Origin: an uncultured archaeon
GTDB lineage: Archaea > Asgardarchaeota > Lokiarchaeia > Sigyniarchaeales > SOKP01
Direction of reading: 5' to 3'
Assembly: GCA_964583985.1 (NCBI GenBank)
Contig: CAZOYD010000024.1
Location: 1 to 48,144, forward strand
Length of the DNA: 48,144 nucleotides
In this document: one piece after another, positions 38,355-48,143 of the stretch
How positions within the stretch are numbered: position 1 is the first letter of the stretch
Layout: each line of letters begins with the position of its first letter
Notes under the pieces: generated by a model
Databases searched by the model: none
Told to the model about the DNA's origin: nothing
What the model saw: only the letters and a program-made list of their open reading frames with translations
Translations under genes and position numbers: made by a program

Positions 38355-39674
38355 TTATTTTTTCTCTTTTAATTCCCTTAATTTTTGCTCTGTTGCGGAT
38401 ATCTCACGGCTTAGATCTATTACATCATTTGGAATAGATTTAAACTCCTCTAATATAAATTGAAATCGAGAGATTACACGGTCAAATTTTCCCATTTTTT
38501 CTTCTTTTTCTGCTTTAATTTTTGCCAAATTTACCTTCTCTAACTTATTCCTTATCAGTGGAGGAATAACAAGATGTTGATCCAATTTCTTCTCTTCGTA
38601 TCTCTGTTGTTCACTAGTGATACTGTCAACTCGTTTTTGAAAGTCATGTTCTTCTTGCTTTTTTACTAGGATTTTTTGTTCTATTTTTCTCTGTTCTTCT
38701 TTTTTATATAATTCAATGTTCCTCAATTCTTTTTGTAAAGTACGAGTTTGATCCAACCAGCCCATCTGATTAAAAATTTTAATAGCTTGTTGGTATGAAA
38801 ATGTAGCTTTATCGTAATCCTTATTTATTAATGCTTTTTTTCCGTTGGTTAATAAATCTTCTGCTTCTTTGAGAAGTTCTTCTTCCCTTTTCTTCTTTTC
38901 TTGTAATGCTTTTACACGCGCTCTTCTTTCCTCAATTTGTTGTTTGCGTAAATTTACTTGTTCCTTTATAATATTCCCTTGAAATTGCATTTGTTCTTGT
39001 TCTTTCTCCTTTTCTTTAATACGCTGTTGAAATATTTTGGGGTATTTTGATTCAATGGTTTCCCCCATTTCTTGAGAGTTTACAGAAACTTTCTCATTTT
39101 GAGGAATTTTAGGTCTTTCTATTTGATTTTGAAGCTTAATTCTTCTTCTTTCTGCAGTTGCTAATGCCACGATATCCTTGATATTTATTTTATTCCTTAA
39201 TCCTTTTCCAGTTTGTTTCCATCGTATATGCTCCTTGATTTCATTAATTTGCAATAAAATTTGCTTGCTTTCAAGTTCATATTCTAATTCATTAAAAAGA
39301 TTATAGGTTTGTTCCAATAATTTGAGAGCACCATCATATTTTTCTTCCATAGCAAGTTCTCTTGCTTGATCCAACATGGCATAACCTTTTATTTCTGATG
39401 ATACAATAATTTCTGAATCTTCCTTGCATTCTAAATCCTCCTTTTCTTCAAGATTTTTTGAAGGAATAGAAGCAGCAGGATCACTTCGTTTCAAGTTTTT
39501 TATTCTAACGATTTCCCTTATAACAATTCCTACTTGCTCGGTCAATCCTATCTTAGAATAAAGCTCTTTTGCTTCGTTCAGCATTGAGATCGCTGAATCA
39601 TAATTTTTAAGTTTAATCTGTGATTTTGATCGTTCCTCCAATTTCTCAGCTTCCTTTATTAAAGGGTCATGCAA
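38355..39674 (-). CDS. TPR-like hairpin and coiled-coil protein
   Basis: Repeated A.....YD.A...Y..A..IF..MGW units separated by E/K/Q-rich coils. Confidence 0.72.
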   Translation of the reverse strand: MHDPLIKEAEKLEERSKSQIKLKNYDSAISMLNEAKELYSKIGLTEQVGIVIREIVRIKNLKRSDPAASIPSKNLEEKEDLECKEDSEIIVSSEIKGYAMLDQARELAMEEKYDGALKLLEQTYNLFNELEYELESKQILLQINEIKEHIRWKQTGKGLRNKINIKDIVALATAERRRIKLQNQIERPKIPQNEKVSVNSQEMGETIESKYPKIFQQRIKEKEKEQEQMQFQGNIIKEQVNLRKQQIEERRARVKALQEKKKREEELLKEAEDLLTNGKKALINKDYDKATFSYQQAIKIFNQMGWLDQTRTLQKELRNIELYKKEEQRKIEQKILVKKQEEHDFQKRVDSITSEQQRYEEKKLDQHLVIPPLIRNKLEKVNLAKIKAEKEEKMGKFDRVISRFQFILEEFKSIPNDVIDLSREISATEQKLRELKEKK

Positions 39675-39785
39675 GGCAATTATTCACCTTAATTCACTTA
39701 TATTATATTGATAATTAAAAAAGATAATAAAATTATTCAAATTACTAATGTTAATCATTATTAATATACTTCCATTTTGATTTAA

Positions 39786-40877
39786 ATGATGCAAGAAAAA
39801 TTAGAAGTTGGTCTCATTGGCGCAACTGGAATTGTAGGGCAAAATTATATTAAACTCCTAAGAAATCATCCTTGGTTTCAAGTTGTCGATGTTGCGGCAT
39901 CTTCACGATCTGAGGGAAAAAAATATTCAGAATCAGTACGGAATAAATGGCAAATGAATGTCGATATTCCAGAGAATATAAAGAATTTAATAGTACGAGA
40001 AGCTCACGATATTGATTCTTTAGATCCTCAGATAAAGTTCGTGTTCTCAGCAATTAATTTACCTAACAAGGAGGATGTTAAAGAATTGGAATTAGACTAT
40101 GCTCGAAAAGGAATTCCCGTAATAAGTAATAATTCTGCTCATAGATGGACACCAGATGTACCTATGATTATCCCTGAAATAAATCCGGATCATATAAATA
40201 TCATTCCTATCCAACAAAAAAACAGAGGTTTTTCAAGAGGGTTTATTGTAGTAAAACCTAATTGTTCAATACAAAGTTATATGACGCCAATCTATTCACT
40301 ACAAAATGCGGGGTATAACGTTGATAAAATGATCATTACAACACTTCAAGCGGTTTCTGGGGCCGGATATCCGGGAGTTTCTTCAATGGATATCATTGAT
40401 AACATAGTACCTTATATCGGAGGTGAAGAGGAAAAATCAGAAATGGAACCTTTAAAGATTTTGGGGGCTGTTGGAGAAAAAGGGATAATAAATGATGATT
40501 CAATCAAAATAAGTACAACTTGTACTAGAGTACCAGTAATTGATGGTCACATAGCTAGTGTTAATATCAAATTTAAGGAAAATATACCCACTAGAGATGA
40601 AATAATAGATATTTGGCGTTCATTTCGAGCAATACCGCAGGATCTTTCTCTTCCTTACGCTCCAAAACAGCCAATTATATATTTAGAGGATGAAAATCGA
40701 CCCCAACCCAAGAAAGATCGTGACAACGATAAAGGAATGGCGGTTACTGTCGGTAGACTAAGAAAGGATCATGTATTTGATTATAAATTCGTTGCTTTAA
40801 GTCACAATACAATTCGGGGCGCCGCAGGAGGGGCAATTTTAAATGCGGAGTTGTTATTTAAGAAAGGATTTTTGTAA
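39786..40877 (+). CDS. asd: Aspartate-semialdehyde dehydrogenase
   Basis: GATGIVGQ, PNCS (catalytic Cys), QAVSGAGYPG, RVPVIDGH and SHNTIRGAAG motifs. Confidence 0.96.
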   Translation: MMQEKLEVGLIGATGIVGQNYIKLLRNHPWFQVVDVAASSRSEGKKYSESVRNKWQMNVDIPENIKNLIVREAHDIDSLDPQIKFVFSAINLPNKEDVKELELDYARKGIPVISNNSAHRWTPDVPMIIPEINPDHINIIPIQQKNRGFSRGFIVVKPNCSIQSYMTPIYSLQNAGYNVDKMIITTLQAVSGAGYPGVSSMDIIDNIVPYIGGEEEKSEMEPLKILGAVGEKGIINDDSIKISTTCTRVPVIDGHIASVNIKFKENIPTRDEIIDIWRSFRAIPQDLSLPYAPKQPIIYLEDENRPQPKKDRDNDKGMAVTVGRLRKDHVFDYKFVALSHNTIRGAAGGAILNAELLFKKGFL

Positions 40878-40881
40878 CTTT

Positions 40882-42393
40882 TTAAAATTCATGTCTATCA
40901 ATGATAATAGGTAATAATAATTTCAATAAGGAAAGCGAGCTTTTAGATTTAAATAACTTGAAGGCAGGTGAATTTGGATATACATCAAGATATTTGGGAT
41001 TTTTAGCCATTTTTAAAATTTTATATAGTTTAAATATTGATACTTCATGCATGTTTAAAATGCATTTTTCAATTTCTTTAATTAATTCAACATCTACTTT
41101 AACTGTAAAATCTAAATGATCCATGGTTTCGAATAAACTTGAATGAATTTCCTTTGTATCAAAATTCTTATTAAATGCTCTGGTGTTATTGGCATTGGTT
41201 ATTTTTACCAAAGAGCCATTTAAAAAATGAAGCAATAAGGTAATTTGGAAATCATTATTTCTGTTATTTGTTAAAAGTAATGATATATGCGAATTTAATC
41301 CAATGTTGGAATTAAGAAGATTAATCGCATACTCGGGAATATTCCAATGAGAGAGCTTTCTAAGATTGATGTTAAATCCAATTAATCTTAATAAATATCT
41401 GATTAGGGTATTGTATATTTTCGGTCGAGGAAACATCTTCCAGTGAGTATCGAAACTTCTTAATCCAAATAAAAATTTCTGCAGGAGAAGTTCCATCTGA
41501 TTAGTCTCAATAGGAACTTTCTGTTCAAAAATTTCACTTAAAAAGCTAATCACGGTATTTAAATCCATTGAAATTATACTTTCAAGATTATTCTCTTCTT
41601 TTATTTGAGGTAACCATGATTCGTCTAAATCCTCCTTGGGAGATAGCACTTGACGAATAAATTCAACCTTGTTTATATTTTCTTCTTTTTCAATTTGGCA
41701 AGTAAATGAAACGTCATTAGCATTGAAGTAAATCGCATGTTTATAACTGGGGCACAAATTATTAAACAAATTATAAATACGGGATATTTTTATATCGTGA
41801 AATATTGAAAATAACTCTTTCATGAATCTCATTATATCTGGTTCTGGATAGAGTATGATAAGTCCTTTTTCGATGCATTTTTGTGCTAAATCTAATAAAT
41901 TACTCATGAATTCATTAAAGGAATATTTTTTTAGATTTTCACAGTGTGAATTCATTAAATCGATGGCGCGTTTTTTAAAAATGCGGATTGACATGATTTT
42001 GATTCCATTTTCCTTAATAATGGAATCTTGAATTTTTGTGAACAAGTTCTCAATATCATCTAAATCATTTTTCTTGATGGAAATTACATCATTTTGTAAA
42101 TGGATCGCCTTTTTATGTATTCCCGCTATTTTTGTTTCATATAAGTAACTTTCTAATACTAAATTGTCAATGTCATAATCGGAAAGGATAATATCAGCAA
42201 TATTTTGCTGAGCATTAATGAATTTGGGATATATTAATTCTGTTAACTTGTAAAGAAGAAAAGCATCTATTTGAATAGGAGTGAGGGGTATCCTTACAAA
42301 TTCGTTTAAGAGCTCTGGATTTTCAATAATTTCTATATTCGAGTTAAATTTTAAAATTTTGTTCCAGTTGTCCTTAAAATAACGATTAATCAT
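40882..42393 (-). CDS. Hypothetical protein
   Basis: 503-aa ORF directly downstream of the DUF362 gene on the same strand; no family recognised. Confidence 0.75.
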   Translation of the reverse strand: MINRYFKDNWNKILKFNSNIEIIENPELLNEFVRIPLTPIQIDAFLLYKLTELIYPKFINAQQNIADIILSDYDIDNLVLESYLYETKIAGIHKKAIHLQNDVISIKKNDLDDIENLFTKIQDSIIKENGIKIMSIRIFKKRAIDLMNSHCENLKKYSFNEFMSNLLDLAQKCIEKGLIILYPEPDIMRFMKELFSIFHDIKISRIYNLFNNLCPSYKHAIYFNANDVSFTCQIEKEENINKVEFIRQVLSPKEDLDESWLPQIKEENNLESIISMDLNTVISFLSEIFEQKVPIETNQMELLLQKFLFGLRSFDTHWKMFPRPKIYNTLIRYLLRLIGFNINLRKLSHWNIPEYAINLLNSNIGLNSHISLLLTNNRNNDFQITLLLHFLNGSLVKITNANNTRAFNKNFDTKEIHSSLFETMDHLDFTVKVDVELIKEIEKCILNMHEVSIFKLYKILKMAKNPKYLDVYPNSPAFKLFKSKSSLSLLKLLLPIIIDRHEF

Positions 42394-42396
42394 GCT

Positions 42397-43758
42397 TTAA
42401 ACACCTTCCTTTTTCACTTTTTTAATGTCAGTCAAGGTATAAGTTTCCATAAGATTGCGATACAATAGTAAATTAGGAACTTGTTGTTTTCCATGATAAT
42501 CTGAAATTAATTTAATGCTTGAATTAAAAGTTGGAGGACATCCTGGTATTTGTAGGACTTGCTTATTTTTTCTTTTCTTGGTTATTTGTATTTTATTTGG
42601 TTTTTTTCTGTTAAAAATTGATTTGATTTTATCTAATAACGGAATACTCTCCTTTGAAGTGATTAATGTATTAAATCCATAATTTTTTGTGCTATTAATT
42701 GCACAATTGCCAAATAAGATCACGTTTTTCTTTATCTCGGGCTCTGGAGGATTTTTACCAATTAAAAATGATTGACCCGCAATATATTTTAAATCTTTCG
42801 TCATGTAAGTTTTCACGGTGTTTAATAGATGATATGCCATGTGATAGCACCCAGAGCATGTCGAACCCGTTTTTATGTCACAATTATGAATTTTAATCTC
42901 TTCTAAATTCTTTTTACAGTAATTAATATGAATGATAGAAGTTTCCAAATCCACACCTATAATATTAATATTATTTAAGTCAGTAGTTCCAATATTTCGT
43001 TCACGAGCACTAATGATTAAAGGATTTTCAAGTGGATCATTATCCAATAATTTTAAAGTGATAAAATCTACCGCAACAGCATCATTACCACCGACCATCA
43101 GATCTGTTTTGATTAATTTAGAATCGCTATAGATATAAGGTCCTGCTCCTTCCATTAGATAATAAAGATCATTGAGGATTAAATCTGGTTTCCTCTTTTC
43201 AAATAAATTCAATAATTTTGAGACAAAATTTTTCTTATAAAAGTCATTTTCCAAATTTTGTTTCATAGGATCATTGAAATTTAGATTGTTAATATCAAAT
43301 GAGTTCATCATAGATAGTGTATAATCGAATAATGGATCGACATTTACTTGATTAACAACAAAAAATTTATCACAATTTTGAAGGATATCGAGCAATTCAA
43401 ATTCCGAGTCTTCGTCTAAAAATAGTAATTGTGCTCCTAATGGGTTTATTGATTCGTTGATTTCTAACAAATTATCAATATTCCTTATTTTTACTCCCTT
43501 ACTAGAGTAACTTCCCAAAAATATGTTACTTGCTCCTGCTTTCTTACAAGATTTGATCATTGATTTTATTAATGCAAAGCTTGTATTCACAGGGAATCCT
43601 TCTGGTGAATTGATATTAACTTTTATGAAGATTTTATCATTTTCTGAAACAAATTTTCCGATTCCCCCCAAATTTGTTAGAATTTCATTATAAGTGTTAA
43701 GGGGATTATCTCTTTTTGCTATTGCTACGTTAACTATATCCTTTTCTAGTTGACTCAT
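42397..43758 (-). CDS. DUF362-domain Fe-S protein
   Basis: LGG...FV...DKIFIKVN, MEGAGP, DAVAVD, CSGC, GNCA and IPGCPP motifs. Confidence 0.8.
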   Translation of the reverse strand: MSQLEKDIVNVAIAKRDNPLNTYNEILTNLGGIGKFVSENDKIFIKVNINSPEGFPVNTSFALIKSMIKSCKKAGASNIFLGSYSSKGVKIRNIDNLLEINESINPLGAQLLFLDEDSEFELLDILQNCDKFFVVNQVNVDPLFDYTLSMMNSFDINNLNFNDPMKQNLENDFYKKNFVSKLLNLFEKRKPDLILNDLYYLMEGAGPYIYSDSKLIKTDLMVGGNDAVAVDFITLKLLDNDPLENPLIISARERNIGTTDLNNINIIGVDLETSIIHINYCKKNLEEIKIHNCDIKTGSTCSGCYHMAYHLLNTVKTYMTKDLKYIAGQSFLIGKNPPEPEIKKNVILFGNCAINSTKNYGFNTLITSKESIPLLDKIKSIFNRKKPNKIQITKKRKNKQVLQIPGCPPTFNSSIKLISDYHGKQQVPNLLLYRNLMETYTLTDIKKVKKEGV

Positions 43759-43833
43759 AATTCTGAAAAATATGAAATAGAATAAATTGAATAAATTAAA
43801 TAATTAAATAAATCTTAATTAAATTTTTAGAAC

Positions 43834-44727
43834 GTGATCAAGATTTTTACTACTTATTCGATAAAACTCAAAGATGATCCAATCTCAAGTAATATTCCCC
43901 AGAATGTGATTGGGATTGATTTAGGTCAGAGTCTTACTAAAATAGCATATCTACATAATAACGATTTGTGCCTATCAATCCATCCTACGCATGATAATTA
44001 TCAATATATTAATAAATATATAGTAGATAACAACCTAACTAACATGAAATTAAATCTAACTGGAGGAAAAGCTTATTACTACCAGAAACAACTTTCTCAT
44101 GACCATAAATCGAACATTTTTAACGAATTTGAAGCAAATGTCAGTGGAATTGACGTTCTTTTCAATCTTATAAAGTCAAAAAATCTTCCTGAAACTCTTA
44201 TTACCACAATTGGAACTGGATCATCCATGATCTTAAAAAAAGAAAGTTATGAGCATATTGGAGGATCAGCACTTGGAGGAGGCTTTTTTATGGGTTTAAT
44301 TAAATTGTTATATAACATCACGAGTTATAAGGAGGCAATAGAATTATCCGAACAAGGAGATCGTTATAAAGTTGATTTAAGAGTTGCTGACATATATTCT
44401 CCCGAAGATCAAAGAATTGATGCAATTTTTCGTGAATTTACAGCTGCATCATTAGGAAAAATTAACTCACGAGATAAAATTGAACATTACAATAAAGAAG
44501 ATCTTTTGAATTCACTCATCTGCATGATAGGAGAAAATATAGGGACAATAGCAGTTGAGCTAGCTAAAAATCATAATATAAAGAACTTGATTTTTTGTGG
44601 AGGTTTTGTATCAAATAATAAAACATTGAAGCAAGTTCTCACGATACTATGTACAATTAGCAAAAAAAAGGCAATATTCTTGAATCATTCCACATTTGCG
44701 GGAGCAATCGGAGCATTGAAATTATAA
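43834..44727 (+). CDS. coaW: Type II pantothenate kinase (fumble/PanK family)
   Basis: GIDLG.SLTK, LTGG, NEFEA, IGTGSS, HIGGSALGGG.F.GL, GDR.KVDL.V.DIY, AASLGK and GAIGAL motifs; start uncertain. Confidence 0.85.
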   Translation: MIKIFTTYSIKLKDDPISSNIPQNVIGIDLGQSLTKIAYLHNNDLCLSIHPTHDNYQYINKYIVDNNLTNMKLNLTGGKAYYYQKQLSHDHKSNIFNEFEANVSGIDVLFNLIKSKNLPETLITTIGTGSSMILKKESYEHIGGSALGGGFFMGLIKLLYNITSYKEAIELSEQGDRYKVDLRVADIYSPEDQRIDAIFREFTAASLGKINSRDKIEHYNKEDLLNSLICMIGENIGTIAVELAKNHNIKNLIFCGGFVSNNKTLKQVLTILCTISKKKAIFLNHSTFAGAIGALKL

Positions 44728-44800
44728 TGTATGCCCATTTGGAGACCTCAAATCATCGTCTTTTTAGTAAAATCTCATAGAGGAACTATAAAATGGGCAC
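44728..44800 (-). ncRNA. Archaeal single-hairpin box H/ACA guide sRNA (predicted target: LSU rRNA helix 69 uridine, E. coli U1911 equivalent)
   Basis: Lower stem GUGCCCAUUU/AAAUGGGCAU is followed directly by ACA; pocket UAUAGUU/UCUCC; upper stem CCUC/GAGG; K-turn UGA...GAUGA; 15 nt from pocket top to ACA; TATA-like TTTAATAA at 44830-44823. Confidence 0.8.
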
Positions 44801-44853
44801 AAAAATAGTAGGATATATAGTATTATTAAATTTGGTATTCCTTTAAGAAAAAC

Positions 44854-45507
44854 TCAGATTGACTCGGAATGTTTTGTAAGCAAATCTTCGTTGGTCCGTC
44901 CTAATTTAATTGCTAATTCAGCTATAATGGCATCTAAATAGGTAAAAGCGACTTGTTCAAAAGCTGTTCCTTCGGGAGTTAGCAATGCAGTATCATCGTG
45001 GCGATCTGTCAGGTCGATCTTTGTACGTCCTTTTAATTTAATGGTAACATCTCCAACCCGCCCAATTATGGTTTCTGGATGGGAGGTTATGGTTATTATC
45101 CCATAAGGTTTTATAGTATTCACGTAACTCTTTAGCAAGCTTACAACGATGTTAGTTGTTCCCGAACCAGATAAAACAATGAGGAGATCATCCTTGGTTA
45201 AAGCAGGCATGCTCGCTAAATTAGTAACCATATAAACTTCAGCACCTAAATGAACTAATCGGGTAGCAAAACACTGTAAAATGAATGCAGAACGCCCAGA
45301 TGCCAATAAGAAGAATTTTCTCTTGTTTTTTAATCCATCATACACTAATTCTATGAAATGCTGCGTATGCTCGAAATGTTTCGGTTTCATGAGATGTTCC
45401 ATATTTTCTTGAAGATTCTTCATGATGAGCTCCATGGATTGAAATAATATTTCTTTAGCCTTCCCATTTACTGGTTTCCCAGTTGCTGCATTGGTTTTAT
45501 CTGCCAT
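44854..45507 (-). CDS. hxlB: 6-phospho-3-hexuloisomerase (SIS domain)
   Basis: GRSAF....FA.RL.HLG, DLLIVLSGSG.T, ITS.PE and P.GTAFE motifs. Confidence 0.85.
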   Translation of the reverse strand: MADKTNAATGKPVNGKAKEILFQSMELIMKNLQENMEHLMKPKHFEHTQHFIELVYDGLKNKRKFFLLASGRSAFILQCFATRLVHLGAEVYMVTNLASMPALTKDDLLIVLSGSGTTNIVVSLLKSYVNTIKPYGIITITSHPETIIGRVGDVTIKLKGRTKIDLTDRHDDTALLTPEGTAFEQVAFTYLDAIIAELAIKLGRTNEDLLTKHSESI

Positions 45508-45658
45508 GATTAATCATTATTTTATTTTAATTAATATGATTTAATAAGAATGAATTGAAAAAATATGTTTCGGTTACTAATTCATCAATTCTAACTCTTA
45601 TAAATAGCGATTATCAAGTGATTAATGAATGAACAATAAATCCCCTATTTACTAAAAA

Positions 45659-45946
45659 CTAAGGGACAAAAGGAGTTTTTATCGGTTTTTTGACTGGGAC
45701 GCCCTCAGGATATTTTTTCTCTAAATAATACGTATGTATTCCCACGTAAATCAATAATAATGCAACTCCAAGCATAAATATCCAAAATCCTAAACCCAAT
45801 GCATAAGTGAGATAATTTTCGAAAACTCCGACTTCAAAACTCCTTATAATAATTGCCGTGATTGATATTATTGAAATAGAGCCCCCACAAATGCAATCAA
45901 AATATATTGCTTGCCGTTCTTTTTTAATCTCTTTTTCCGTCTTCAT
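45659..45946 (-). CDS. Small two-TM membrane protein
   Basis: Two hydrophobic helices, 95 aa. Confidence 0.65.
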   Translation of the reverse strand: MKTEKEIKKERQAIYFDCICGGSISIISITAIIIRSFEVGVFENYLTYALGLGFWIFMLGVALLLIYVGIHTYYLEKKYPEGVPVKKPIKTPFVP

Positions 45947-46130
45947 GAGAATATTACAATTTCTTTAACTCTATTACTAAAAGCTAATTAAATTAATGAA
46001 ATTTGTGAATTTAAATTTTTATAAAGGGAGAATTTAAAAAAACAATCAAAAATTTTTTGCCGATCGATGAACTAGTGCTTTTCAATAAGAATGTAAATAT
46101 TTTAGGTAATAGGATTTCAAATCATGAATA

Positions 46131-46658
46131 TTAATGCGATCGTGAATCAATAATCCGTCGAGTTAACTCGGTAAAAGATTCATCGACATGTTCCCCCGTC
46201 TTCGTTGATGTTTCAATGTAAATGCTTCCTTCACTTTCAGCGAATTTTCTAACTTCTTCGGGATTTATGACAACACCGACATCTTCTATTAAATCTGCAT
46301 TATTACCAATCAAGACAAACGGCATATTTTCTCCCGCGAATTGTCTAATTTCAGTCAACCATTTACGAGTTTCTACATATGTTTGCTCACGGGTTAAATC
46401 AAAGACTAACAAGGCTCCTGCAGCTCCTTTGAAAAAAGTACTTCGAATAAACTCAAATCTTTGCTGTCCTCCAATATCCCATATTGCGAGAGTTGCGATT
46501 TCTCCCGGTCTAAATTCTACATCCTTAGTTAATATATCTACTCCCACGGTTAATTTATAATTGGCTGCAAATCGATTCTTGATGAATCTCTGAACCAATT
46601 CTGTCTTACCGACTGCTGCTGCACCAGTTAGAATAATTTTGAGTTTAAAACTTGACAT
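46131..46658 (-). CDS. Rab-like small GTPase
   Basis: G1 GAAAVGKT, G2 TVGVD, G3 WDIGGQ, RFEFIRSTFFKGAAG, G4 variant NNAD, G5 TSTK; no C-terminal prenylation motif. Confidence 0.92.
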   Translation of the reverse strand: MSSFKLKIILTGAAAVGKTELVQRFIKNRFAANYKLTVGVDILTKDVEFRPGEIATLAIWDIGGQQRFEFIRSTFFKGAAGALLVFDLTREQTYVETRKWLTEIRQFAGENMPFVLIGNNADLIEDVGVVINPEEVRKFAESEGSIYIETSTKTGEHVDESFTELTRRIIDSRSH

Positions 46659-46798
46659 GATTATAGATTACAAAATGTAAGTATTAATAAGCAAATCGAA
46701 TTTATAAATAATTTCTATAAAATTTGATAAGATTTTTATATAAAGTATAGAAATAAATCTAATTGGAAAATTCAATTCTTTAGTAGAAAAGAACTAGT

Positions 46799-47827
46799 TT
46801 ATTTTTGTGTATTTTTTTCTTTTTCATGTTTATGAGTTAAAATTGAATGAATTCCAAAAAGGAGATTGAAAAACACAAAAATTACAAACAAACCTCCTGC
46901 TTGTAGGATTTGCATATCTACTGCAACAATTTTTGGAACGATTTTTGAAACTTGGACATAGATTTTCATGATTATTAAAAATAATGCTATTGTATCCAAT
47001 TTAAGGATCTTCAGTTTGGTCTGAATATAACCAGCTCTCGAATAAACTGTTCCTAATATATATAAAAACAAGGACCAATCAACAACAAAGGAGATTAACA
47101 TATAAATTGGATTTACTGATGTAGAGCTGAAGAAAGCACCATATAGATAATCAATAAGAATATATAACGTGTAAAATAGGGATAACAAGAAAAATAGAGA
47201 GATGAAAGCCGAAAACTTTTTAGTGCTAATTAAGCGAAGAATAACAATGATCATTAAACTCACATTTACCCAAAATAGAATTTGAAGAAGACGGATTACA
47301 ACTAGAAATAATGGAGTGGGTGTATTACTAAAAAATTTCAAAATTATTAGTGAAAACCACAAGTTTAACAGAAAAAAAATAAAAAATTCCATTAAACGAG
47401 TCAAGATACGACTTTTTTCTTTTTCATATAGATAATCATCTACCTTTGTTGAGAAATCCATGCAAAATTTGAATGCAAAAAAAGCCGTAAAGAACTGGTT
47501 TATCGTTAACAGGATAATAAACAATAATTCTGAGGTTACGAAAAAAACTAAACGATTCAAAATAAATGTTAAGAAGAATGTTATTGCGTAAATAACGAAA
47601 AATACCCATTTTTTTAGCTCGCTAATAGCTTTTATAAATGAAATAAGAAAGAGTAATATTGCGAAGTATAATAAGCTTCCACCAAAAAGCAACACAACCA
47701 ATCCAAGAATTATGCTGGAATAAAATGAATTAACTAAAATTAAGATCCAGATAAATGTAAACGCAATGACAATAAAAACATATACAGGTGTTTTAAATAG
47801 TCCTTTTAGACCAGTTATAAATTTCAA
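46799..47827 (-). CDS. Polytopic membrane protein of unknown function
   Basis: About 10 hydrophobic segments; TTG start. Confidence 0.72.
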   Translation of the reverse strand: MKFITGLKGLFKTPVYVFIVIAFTFIWILILVNSFYSSIILGLVVLLFGGSLLYFAILLFLISFIKAISELKKWVFFVIYAITFFLTFILNRLVFFVTSELLFIILLTINQFFTAFFAFKFCMDFSTKVDDYLYEKEKSRILTRLMEFFIFFLLNLWFSLIILKFFSNTPTPLFLVVIRLLQILFWVNVSLMIIVILRLISTKKFSAFISLFFLLSLFYTLYILIDYLYGAFFSSTSVNPIYMLISFVVDWSLFLYILGTVYSRAGYIQTKLKILKLDTIALFLIIMKIYVQVSKIVPKIVAVDMQILQAGGLFVIFVFFNLLFGIHSILTHKHEKEKNTQK

Positions 47828-48089
47828 ATTTCTTCAACCCTTAGTTTCTTATCATTCCTTGTTGTTTTATCTAATATATTTTAATTATTTCTTCCGATAT
47901 TATTTTAAAGTATAGTTCACAGGTATTAATTCATTAATAAATGAAAGAAAAGAATCTATCACGGTATTAATTAAGAAAAGAAGGAGCAATAAGTGAACTA
48001 CTTAGTATTAACATTATTTTGCAAAAATAAAAAAGTAATAAAAAAAAGATATAAGATTTTTTTGTCCAATTGGACTGATGACACATGCT

Positions 48090-48143
48090 TTATTTGTATT
48101 TAATCGATAAGAGTAAATCATTCTTTGTAATTTTCTTTCGATT
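48090..48143 (-). CDS. Partial CDS (C-terminus), probable archaeal histone-fold protein
   Basis: ...NRKKITKNDLLLSIKYK* resembles the histone L2/alpha3 motif RKT(I/V)xxxD(I/L)xLA; truncated by the window edge. Confidence 0.5.
   Translation of the reverse strand, partial: NRKKITKNDLLLSIKYK

Noticed and set aside
44733-44801. H/ACA RNA on the plus strand (the stem is also followed by ACA there)
   Set aside because: The plus strand has no K-turn, and its pocket is sense, not antisense, to helix 69.
44731-44856. Sec read-through of the hxlB TGA using the downstream AUGA...UGA hairpin as a SECIS
   Set aside because: Helix II pairs poorly in the SECIS register; the H/ACA fold explains the stems, K-turn, ACA and rRNA complementarity better.
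1209-46560. Many short antisense or overlapping ORFs in the track (e.g. 4074-4388, 8418-8627, 9638-9841, 21677-22054, 30075-30494, 46222-46560)
   Set aside because: They lie opposite or within well-supported genes and carry no motifs. The similarity between 8418-8627 and 9638-9841 only mirrors the corrinoid duplication.
48075-48081. CTGATGA here and at 5984-5990 as a hammerhead core or box C
   Set aside because: No supporting stems with a correctly placed GAAA, and no box D CTGA.
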